Assembly: GCA_041664465.1 (NCBI GenBank)
Contig: JBAYKP010000005.1
Coordinates: forward strand, 1-60,430
DNA from: Minisyncoccota bacterium
GTDB lineage: Bacteria; Patescibacteriota; Minisyncoccia; Phycocordibacterales; UBA9973
Direction of reading: 5' to 3'
DNA: 60,430 bases
Under the pieces are notes generated by a model. The model saw only the letters and a program-made list of their open reading frames with translations, was not told the origin of the DNA and ran no database searches. Position 1 is the stretch's first letter. The number at the start of each line of letters is the position of its first letter. Made by a program: the position numbers and the translations under genes. Shown here piece after piece: positions 44,455 through 52,086 of this stretch.

Positions 44455-45630
44455 ATGAAAGATAAACAAGTAGAAAAACTTATCAAAGAAGAAGAGAAGA
44501 GACAGAAGAGTGTTGTGAACTTAATAGCTTCAGAGAACATTGTATCAGATGATGTACTTAAAGCTCTAGGCTCTAAGCTTACCAATAAATATGCCGAAGG
44601 TTACCCAGGGAAGAGATATTATGGTGGTAATCAAGTGATAGATAAAGTAGAGAATTTGGCGATTGCTCGTGCCTTGAAACTTTTTAAACTTAAACCCGAA
44701 AATTGGCACGTGAACGTCCAGCTTCTTTCAGGTAGTCCTGCGAACTTTGCACTTTACTCTGCGCTCGTTCCACTCGGTGGCAAAATAATGGGGATGAAGC
44801 TTTCTTCAGGAGGACATCTTACTCACGGGTACCCTGGTTCTATGACGGGCAAGCTTTGGAAGTCGGTGCAATTTGAACTTGATAAGAAAACAGAAGTTAT
44901 AGATTATGAAGCTCTTAAGCAATTAGCAATAGCTGAAAAGCCAAATATTATAGTTTGTGGTTTTACTGCATATCCACGCGTTGTAGATTTCAAAAAGTTC
45001 AGAGAAATTGCAGATGCAAGTGGAGCTCTTCTTCACGTAGATATGTCGCACTTTGCAGGGCTTGTAGCGGGGGAAGCTTATCCTTCACCATTTCCTTATG
45101 CTGATTCTGTGATGACTACTACGCACAAGTCACTTCGTGGTCCAAGACATGCAATACTATTTGTAAAGAAAGATGCACGTGAGTTCGATAAGAAATTAGA
45201 CAAGATGATTATCCCAGGACTCTTCGGTGGACCTCACGAGAATACTATTGCTGCGGCTGCCGTTGCTTTCCTTGAAGCTTCTAGTCCTTCATTTAAAAAG
45301 TATGCCAAGCAAGTTGTGAAGAATGCGAGAGTCTTGGCCAAAGAATTACAAAAGCTTGGTTGGCACATCATATCAGGTGGTACAGACTCACACCTTATTC
45401 TTATGGATACATGGATGGATGGCAAGGGTATACCTGGCAAGGATGCAAGTGCTAAGCTTGAGAAAGCAGGTATAATAGTGAATATGAATACAATCCCCGG
45501 CGACCCACGTGGGCCTATGGATCCTTCAGGCATCCGCCTAGGCACTTGTGCAGAAACTTCTCGTGGAAAGAAAGAGTCAGATATGGTGAAATTAGCAGTA
45601 AGAATGGATAAGATATTGAGAGGAAAGTAA
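44455..45630 (+). CDS. glyA: Serine hydroxymethyltransferase
   Basis: NLIASEN, YAEGYPGKRYYGG, TTTHKSLRGPR (PLP lysine). Confidence 0.92.
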   Translation: MKDKQVEKLIKEEEKRQKSVVNLIASENIVSDDVLKALGSKLTNKYAEGYPGKRYYGGNQVIDKVENLAIARALKLFKLKPENWHVNVQLLSGSPANFALYSALVPLGGKIMGMKLSSGGHLTHGYPGSMTGKLWKSVQFELDKKTEVIDYEALKQLAIAEKPNIIVCGFTAYPRVVDFKKFREIADASGALLHVDMSHFAGLVAGEAYPSPFPYADSVMTTTHKSLRGPRHAILFVKKDAREFDKKLDKMIIPGLFGGPHENTIAAAAVAFLEASSPSFKKYAKQVVKNARVLAKELQKLGWHIISGGTDSHLILMDTWMDGKGIPGKDASAKLEKAGIIVNMNTIPGDPRGPMDPSGIRLGTCAETSRGKKESDMVKLAVRMDKILRGK

Positions 45631-45631
45631 A

Positions 45632-46039
45632 ATGAAAATATATTTTGGAGGAGCTATAAGAGGAGGAAGAGAAGATGTCCACATATATGAACTAATCATT
45701 AAAGAATTAGGTAATTTTGGAGAAGTTCTTACAGAGCATATAGGGGATAAGAACTTATCAATTATAGGAGAAGATAAACTTCCTCAATATATTTACGAGA
45801 GAGATACAAACTTTATTAAAGAAGCAGATATTTTTATAGCAGATGTCACTACTCCATCACTTGGGGTTGGCTATGAGATTGCTTACGCAGAAAAATTAAA
45901 TAAAAAGGTTTTCTGTCTTTATAACAATACAGGAAATAAGTTAGTATCATTTATGATTATGGGGAATCAAAATTGTAAGGTTTTCCCTTATAAAAATAAA
46001 GAAGAAATTTCTGAAATAATAAAAAGTATTTTTAAATAA
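45632..46039 (+). CDS. DNPH1/Rcl-like 2'-deoxynucleoside 5'-phosphate N-hydrolase
   Basis: MKIYFGGAIRGGRED ... LTEH ... TPSLGVGYEIAYAE closely parallels the Rcl/DNPH1 motifs (IYFCGSIRGGRED, PSLGVGYE). Confidence 0.75.
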   Translation: MKIYFGGAIRGGREDVHIYELIIKELGNFGEVLTEHIGDKNLSIIGEDKLPQYIYERDTNFIKEADIFIADVTTPSLGVGYEIAYAEKLNKKVFCLYNNTGNKLVSFMIMGNQNCKVFPYKNKEEISEIIKSIFK

Positions 46040-46041
46040 TT

Positions 46042-46473
46042 ATGATTGAAAAACAAAGAGAAAAATTAAAACCATGTGTTGGTGTGATGATTTGGAAAGA
46101 AGGAAAGGTTCTTCTTGGTAAGAGAAAAGGATCTCATGGCGCAGGGGAGTATGCATTTCCTGGAGGACATTTAGAGTTTGATGAATCATTCCAAGATTGT
46201 ACGAAAAGAGAGGTTTTAGAAGAAACTGGTGTTAAAATCAAAAATTTACGATTTATGTCATTAGCAAATTTTATATTGAACGAAAATAGACAGGACATTC
46301 TAGTTTCATTTATTGCTGATTGGGAAAGTGGTGAAGCTAAAATATTAGAACTAGAAAAAAGTGATGGTTGGGAATGGTACTCACTTGATAATCTACCCTT
46401 ACCATTATTTCGTCCAACACAAATCACAGTAGATTCATTTATAACAGGCAAAAACTTTTATGATAAAGAATAA
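46042..46473 (+). CDS. NUDIX hydrolase
   Basis: Nudix box GGHLEFDESFQDCTKREVLEETGV. Confidence 0.8.
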   Translation: MIEKQREKLKPCVGVMIWKEGKVLLGKRKGSHGAGEYAFPGGHLEFDESFQDCTKREVLEETGVKIKNLRFMSLANFILNENRQDILVSFIADWESGEAKILELEKSDGWEWYSLDNLPLPLFRPTQITVDSFITGKNFYDKE

Positions 46474-47173
46474 AAAACAAAAAACAAAAGGCAAATTGAT
46501 AGTAATAGATGGGACGGATGGAAGTGGGAAGACTACGCAGTTTAATTTACTTGTTGCACATTTAAAAAAGGATGGATATAAAGTAAAGACTGTTGATTTC
46601 CCTGTGTATTATAAGAATTTTTTTGGAAAGTTTATAGGGCACTGTCTATCAGAGCAATATTACAATTGGCTCAACGTTCATCCCAAGATTGCTTCTATGG
46701 CATATGCTGCTGATAGATGGGAGTCGAGTAAAGAAATGAAAGAATGGTTAGCTAAAGGATATATTATTATTGCAAACCGCTATGTCTCAGCCAATCAGAT
46801 TCATCAAGGTGGGAAAATTAAAGATTCCAGAAAGAGAAATAATTTTATTAAATGGCTTGATCAGATGGAGCATGAAGTTTTTGGAATACCAAGACCAGAT
46901 TTAACTTTTTATTTAAACTTACCAATAAAGATAGTTTTAGAACTTATAAAAAAGCGTGATAGTAGTAAAATGCATAGAAAGTATTTAAAGAATAAAAAAG
47001 ATCTTGCCGAAAATGATGTAGACTATCAAGAGAATTCTATAAAAAGTGCCATTTGGCTTTCTAAGAATATTAAGAATTTTGTTAAAGTAGAATGTTATAA
47101 AAATAACGAAATTTTGTCTCGTGAAAATATTCACGAGATGGTTTATAAAGAAGTTAAAAAAGTATTAGGATGA
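46460..47173 (+). CDS. tmk: Thymidylate (dNMP) kinase
   Basis: P-loop IVIDGTDGSGKTTQ and ANRYVSANQIHQG. Confidence 0.8.
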   Translation: MIKNKKQKTKGKLIVIDGTDGSGKTTQFNLLVAHLKKDGYKVKTVDFPVYYKNFFGKFIGHCLSEQYYNWLNVHPKIASMAYAADRWESSKEMKEWLAKGYIIIANRYVSANQIHQGGKIKDSRKRNNFIKWLDQMEHEVFGIPRPDLTFYLNLPIKIVLELIKKRDSSKMHRKYLKNKKDLAENDVDYQENSIKSAIWLSKNIKNFVKVECYKNNEILSRENIHEMVYKEVKKVLG

Positions 47174-47592
47174 AAATCAAAATTAAAAAATTAAAAGATG
47201 AGGCGAAGTTTCCTAGCTATGCTCATCCGGGGGATGTCGGGATGGATCTATATGCTATGGAGACTGTGACTATCAAGCCCATGGAGCATTATAGATTCTT
47301 CCATGGTTTTGCAATGGAGTTCCCCGAAGGGAATGCGGGAATTATAATGGATAAGTCTAGTATTTCAAAAGCAGGGCTTATTCATATGGGGGGAGTTTTT
47401 GATGCTGGGTATAGAGGGGAATACAATACGCACCTGGTGAATCTGTCCGATAAGTCTTATACTGTAGAAGAGGGGGATAAAGTATCTCAATTAGTAATAG
47501 TGCCAGTTGCTATTGTGGAAATTGAAGAAACTGATACATTGAGTGAATCCTCTAGAGGAATGGGGGCATTTGGTTCAACAGGAAAGAAATAA
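47170..47592 (+). CDS. dut: dUTP diphosphatase
   Basis: GDVGMDLYA, GVFDAGYRGE, C-terminal RGMGAFGSTG (motif V). Confidence 0.9.
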   Translation: MKIKIKKLKDEAKFPSYAHPGDVGMDLYAMETVTIKPMEHYRFFHGFAMEFPEGNAGIIMDKSSISKAGLIHMGGVFDAGYRGEYNTHLVNLSDKSYTVEEGDKVSQLVIVPVAIVEIEETDTLSESSRGMGAFGSTGKK

Positions 47593-49307
47593 TGAAAGGA
47601 CAAATAGAAAAAATAATAAAAGAAGTTTTAAAAAGTCTTAATATAGAAGATGTGAATTTTTCTATTGAACACCCTGAGGATTTTAAGAATGGAGATTATT
47701 CTACAAACGTAGCGATGATTTGTGCCAAGCAGCTTAAAACTAATCCAAGGGAATTGGCTGAAAAAATAGTTGTTGAATTGAGGAATTTAATTTCTCCCCC
47801 TGCGAAGGGGGAGGTAGGAGGGGGTCTGATAGAAAAAGTAGAAACTGCTGGTCCGGGATTTATAAATTTCTATTTATCAAGAGAATTTTTCACTGAAAGT
47901 GTGGGTAGTATTTTGAGTAAAGGGGAAGATTGGGGGAAGAATGATAATGGTGGTAATAAAAAAGTTATTGTAGAGTATTCATCTCCGAACATTGCCAAGC
48001 CTTTCACTGTAGGGCATTTGCGTTCTACTATTATAGGGGATTCAATTGCTAGGGTTTTAACTTTTTCTGGATTTGATGTAGTGAGGGACAATCACTTAGG
48101 TGATTGGGGTACTCAGTTTGGGAAACTTATTATTGCTATAAATAAATGGGGGAATTTAGATGAAATAGAAAAAAGTGAGACCCCAATAAAATTATTGGTG
48201 GATTTGTATGTGAAGTTTCATGATGAAGCAGAGAAAGATGGAGCTCTTGAAGATGAAGCTCGCGCTGCTTTTGCTAAGCTTGAGAAGAAAGATAAAGAGG
48301 CTATAGATATTTGGAAGAGATGTATTGAAATATCAAAAAAAGAATTTGATAGGATTTATAAAAAGTTGCAGATTACTCCTTTCGATACGATGTATGGGGA
48401 AAGTTTCTTTGAAGATAAAATGGCAGTTGTGATAGATGATGTGAAAGAAAAGAATATTGGGAAAGAAAGTGAGGGTGCATTTATTGTGGAATTTGCGGAA
48501 GAGAAAAATCTTTCACCACTTTTGCTTCTCAAAAAAGATGGGTCATCTTTATATGCACTTCGTGATTTAGCTGCAGATAAATGGAGAAAGAAAGAATATG
48601 GTGATAATATAAAAATAATCAATGAAGTAGGAGCAGAGCAGACGGAATATTTTAGGCAAATTTTTGAAACAGAGGCTATGCTTGGATATTTTAAAAAGGG
48701 GGACAGGGTACATATCGCCCACGGTCTTTATCGTTTTGCAGAGGGGAAAATGAGTACCAGGAAAGGGAACGTTATTTGGCTTGAAGATATTATAAATGAA
48801 GCAGAAAAGAGAGCGGGAGATATAAATGAAGAGACGAAAGAAGTGGTGGCTATTGGCGCACTTAAATTTAATGACTTAAAGCGTGATAGTTTAAGAGATA
48901 TACTTTTCAATTGGGAAGAAATTTTGAATATAAAAGGAGATTCTGGTACATATTTACAATATACTGCTGTTCGTGCGAATTCGATTTTAAATAAAGCAAA
49001 AGATTTTAGATTAGAAACTATAAACTCTAAACTAGAACCTATCCCAGCAGAAGTTACAGATTTGGAAAAATATCTATATCAATTCCCTGAAGTCGTAGAA
49101 TATTCTTACGAGAGTTTGCAACCTCATCACATAGCTACATATCTTACAAAGCTTGCAAGTGAATTCAATACTTTCTATGGTAATACTCAGATATTAAAAG
49201 ATGAAAACAAATATATGTCATATCATTTAGATTTAATAAAAGCCTTTACCCAAACAATGAAGAACGGCCTCTGGCTCTTGGGGATTGAAATCCCAGAGAG
49301 GATGTAG
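47592..49307 (+). CDS. argS: Arginine--tRNA ligase
   Basis: SSPNIAKPFTVGHLRS (HIGH region), MSTRKG (KMSKS-like), C-terminal anticodon-binding domain. Confidence 0.92.
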   Translation: MKGQIEKIIKEVLKSLNIEDVNFSIEHPEDFKNGDYSTNVAMICAKQLKTNPRELAEKIVVELRNLISPPAKGEVGGGLIEKVETAGPGFINFYLSREFFTESVGSILSKGEDWGKNDNGGNKKVIVEYSSPNIAKPFTVGHLRSTIIGDSIARVLTFSGFDVVRDNHLGDWGTQFGKLIIAINKWGNLDEIEKSETPIKLLVDLYVKFHDEAEKDGALEDEARAAFAKLEKKDKEAIDIWKRCIEISKKEFDRIYKKLQITPFDTMYGESFFEDKMAVVIDDVKEKNIGKESEGAFIVEFAEEKNLSPLLLLKKDGSSLYALRDLAADKWRKKEYGDNIKIINEVGAEQTEYFRQIFETEAMLGYFKKGDRVHIAHGLYRFAEGKMSTRKGNVIWLEDIINEAEKRAGDINEETKEVVAIGALKFNDLKRDSLRDILFNWEEILNIKGDSGTYLQYTAVRANSILNKAKDFRLETINSKLEPIPAEVTDLEKYLYQFPEVVEYSYESLQPHHIATYLTKLASEFNTFYGNTQILKDENKYMSYHLDLIKAFTQTMKNGLWLLGIEIPERM

Positions 49308-49435
49308 TATTAATTAAGAATTAATAATTACGAATTAATAATGAAAAACAAAATAAAAATACTTGCCCCATACTAATTTTTCGATTAAGTAATTTAATAA
49401 TATAAATATATTTACATAAAACAAGTAGATAAAAT

Positions 49436-51175
49436 ATGGACAAAGAATATAAAAATTTAGTACTGGGGTGTCAGAATTGTAAAAAAGATTTCACAATAGA
49501 ATCTGATGATTTTGGGTTTTATGAAAAGATGAAAGTTCCAGCTCCAACTTTTTGTCCGGAGTGTCGTTTACAAAGACGTTTAGCTTGGCGTAATGAAAGA
49601 GGTCTTCATAGTAATGAATGTGGTTTATGCAAAAAAAATATAATTTCTATTTATGATAAAGACTCAAATGTTCATCCTTATTGTGATAAATGTTGGTGGA
49701 GTGATAAATGGGATGCGATAGATTATGGAGTAGATATAGATTTATCTAAGCCATTTTTGACCCAGTTTTTTGATCTTTTCCACAGAGTTCCAGCTCCTAA
49801 TCTTTTTGCTTTTGGAACTACAATGGTTAATTCTCCTTACTGTAATATGGCTAATGACATGAAAAATTGTTATTTACTTCATGATGGAACTTTTGATGAA
49901 AATGTATTCTATGGAAGTGGGGCTTTTTTCTCGAAAGATTCACTCGATATCACTATGGTTAGAAAAGGAGAGCTTTGCTATGAATTAGTAACAGCTATAA
50001 ATTGTTATAAAACTATTTTTTCTCAGAACTGTGAAGATTGTATAGAAGTATCTTTCTCTCATGGTCTTAGGGGGTGTAATAATTGTTTTGGTTGTGTGAA
50101 TCTTCATAAAAAAAGTTATCATATTTGGAATGAACCATATTCCAAGGAGGCATATGAAGAAAAATTAAAATCTTTTAATCTAGATTCATACGAGAATATT
50201 ATTTTAATTAAGAATAAAGCAAAAGAATTTTGGAAAAAATTTCCTAAAAAATATTATTTTGGTGTTCAAAATTTGAATGTGACAGGTGATTATTTGGAAC
50301 ATTCTAAAAACTCTAAATCATGTTTTGGAGCAGCTAATTTAGAAGATTCTAAGTTTTGTTCTTTTGTTTCAAATGGACCTGTAAAAAATACTTATGATTT
50401 TACTCATTATGGTGACAATATAGAACTTATAAATGAATGCTTACAATCTGGGGATGGTATTTCTAATATTAAATGTGGTTGGGGAGTTTGGAGCAATTCT
50501 AATAATTTAAATTATTGCATTACAGTTCCTGGATTGTCATATAGTTTTGGTTGTGTTGGATTAAAGAAGAAGAAATATTGTATTTTGAATAAGCAATATA
50601 CAAAAGAAGAATACGAAGAATTATTAACCAAAATTATAGAACATATGAATAAGGTGCCTTATATTGATAGTAAGGGAATAGAATATAGATATGGAGAATT
50701 TTTCCCTATAGAATTTTCACCATTTGGATATAATGAAACTACCGCACAAGAATATTTTACTTTAACAAAAGATCAAACTATTAATCAGGGTTATAAATGG
50801 GAAGATAGAACAGAAAGAGGGTATAAGATAGATATAATGAATAAAGATATACCAGATAGTATTAAAAGTGTAGACGAATCTATCATTGGCAAGATCATAG
50901 AATGTGAACATCAAGGTGGATGTAATGAACAATGTACCGAGGCCTTTAAAATAATTCTAGACGAATTACAATTTTACAAAAGGATGAATTTGCCTATTCC
51001 TCATCTCTGTCCTAATTGTAGACATTATCAAAGATTAAAACAAAGAAATCCTTTAAAGCTTTGGCACAGGACGTGTATGAAAGAAGGATGTACTAATAAA
51101 TTTGAGACTTCATATGCACCAGATAGACCAGAGATAGTATATTGTGAGAAGTGTTATCAGAATGAAGTAATATAA
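49436..51175 (+). CDS. Cys-rich protein with duplicated terminal zinc-ribbon modules
   Basis: N-terminal FYEKMKVPAPTFCPECRLQRRL and C-terminal FYKRMNLPIPHLCPNCRHYQRL modules flank a central region with periodic Cys. Confidence 0.6.
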   Translation: MDKEYKNLVLGCQNCKKDFTIESDDFGFYEKMKVPAPTFCPECRLQRRLAWRNERGLHSNECGLCKKNIISIYDKDSNVHPYCDKCWWSDKWDAIDYGVDIDLSKPFLTQFFDLFHRVPAPNLFAFGTTMVNSPYCNMANDMKNCYLLHDGTFDENVFYGSGAFFSKDSLDITMVRKGELCYELVTAINCYKTIFSQNCEDCIEVSFSHGLRGCNNCFGCVNLHKKSYHIWNEPYSKEAYEEKLKSFNLDSYENIILIKNKAKEFWKKFPKKYYFGVQNLNVTGDYLEHSKNSKSCFGAANLEDSKFCSFVSNGPVKNTYDFTHYGDNIELINECLQSGDGISNIKCGWGVWSNSNNLNYCITVPGLSYSFGCVGLKKKKYCILNKQYTKEEYEELLTKIIEHMNKVPYIDSKGIEYRYGEFFPIEFSPFGYNETTAQEYFTLTKDQTINQGYKWEDRTERGYKIDIMNKDIPDSIKSVDESIIGKIIECEHQGGCNEQCTEAFKIILDELQFYKRMNLPIPHLCPNCRHYQRLKQRNPLKLWHRTCMKEGCTNKFETSYAPDRPEIVYCEKCYQNEVI

Positions 51176-51182
51176 AAATAAA

Positions 51183-51502
51183 AGAACCCTGCTGCTCGTT
51201 AGAACAGACAGGGTCTTTTCACTTTGATTGGGATACTTCTTGGCCACTCGGTCTAGCTTTCGCTATATGTTTCCCTTTCAAAGCTAGAATTGCTGAATCT
51301 AAATTAGGCATACGTATAACCGCGTCTGCTTGCACGTATTTCCTGACTCTTCAGTCTGACACCTAACCACCTTGGCACACCAATGTTCTCCGATCGCTCG
51401 TTATGGCTGTGTTATCCAACATGTGATTCCTTTTACTAACCTTTCAGATTTTCTAGAAAAATCTTGGCTGTAACGTCCGATTAGCGTTGACGCATAAAGT
51501 GC
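51183..51502 (-). ncRNA. Candidate structured ncRNA (unclassified, with some RNase P RNA-like strings)
   Basis: 390-nt ORF-free gap that is visibly GC-richer than its surroundings.
- TATAAT lies on the minus strand (51514-51509).
- 5' CACUUU can pair with 3' AAAGUG.
- Several local hairpins are present.
- The 3' end has a hairpin plus U-run. Confidence 0.4.
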
Positions 51503-51565
51503 AATTCAATTATATCTTAATCATTTCTAGCAAAAATACAAGCTTTTTGATAAGATTAGATTTAT

Positions 51566-51817
51566 ATGGAAACAGTAGAAGAAAGATTAAATAAAATAGA
51601 AGAAAGGAACAAAAGGGTAGAACTAGATAAGGCTTGGGAAACTAGCTTTGTCCGAATTTTATTTATAAGTATTATTACTTATATTGCAGCTATTTTTGTT
51701 CTATATAGTATTGGTGTATCTAAGCCATACTTAAGTGCCTTAATACCAGTACTTGGGTTTATTCTATCTACCCAATCAATACCTATTGTAAAAAAGTATT
51801 GGATTAAAAATAAATAA
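51566..51817 (+). CDS. Small two-TM membrane protein
   Basis: 83 aa: a charged N-terminal helix followed by two hydrophobic helices. Confidence 0.5.
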   Translation: METVEERLNKIEERNKRVELDKAWETSFVRILFISIITYIAAIFVLYSIGVSKPYLSALIPVLGFILSTQSIPIVKKYWIKNK

Positions 51818-51861
51818 ATTTTCTTGCAATTTTGTGATTTTCTAGGTATTCTTATATATAT

Positions 51862-52050
51862 GCAGTGAAGAGGTTATCGCCTCGGAGCATTGGGAAGAAA
51901 CATCGTGAGGCAAGACCTCACGACGAAGTAGAACCCTTTAAATGAGAAGTCCCGCGCAATTCGGTGGGTAAAAAACGAGGTGGTACCACGAGAAGAGAAA
52001 CTCGTCCTTGTATAGCAATTATTATAATTGTTGTATAAGGACGAGTTTTT
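51862..52050 (+). promoter_or_regulatory. T-box riboswitch leader of ileS (Ile specifier AUC candidate), transcription-termination type
   Basis: T-box core GGUGGUACC lies at 51978-51986 (wider motif 51977-51992).
- Antiterminator: CGAGG [UGGUACC bulge] ACGAG-AAGAGAAA-CUCGU-CCUUG.
- A competing long terminator (aaactcgtcctt..aaggacgagttt) is followed by TTTTT. Confidence 0.8.
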
Positions 52051-52086
52051 ATTTTACTTTTATTAATTAAAATTGTTTAAACATTT

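Noticed and set aside
51183-51502. Identification of the GC-rich island as tmRNA, SRP RNA or a cobalamin riboswitch.
   Set aside because: There is no tRNA-like GGUUCGA T-arm, no CCA end and no tag ORF, which rules against tmRNA. The GUCAGG...AGCAG strings lack the intervening GGAA-capped helix of SRP domain IV. The B12-box resemblance (AGUCAGGAAAUAC) is partial, and no gene follows on that strand.
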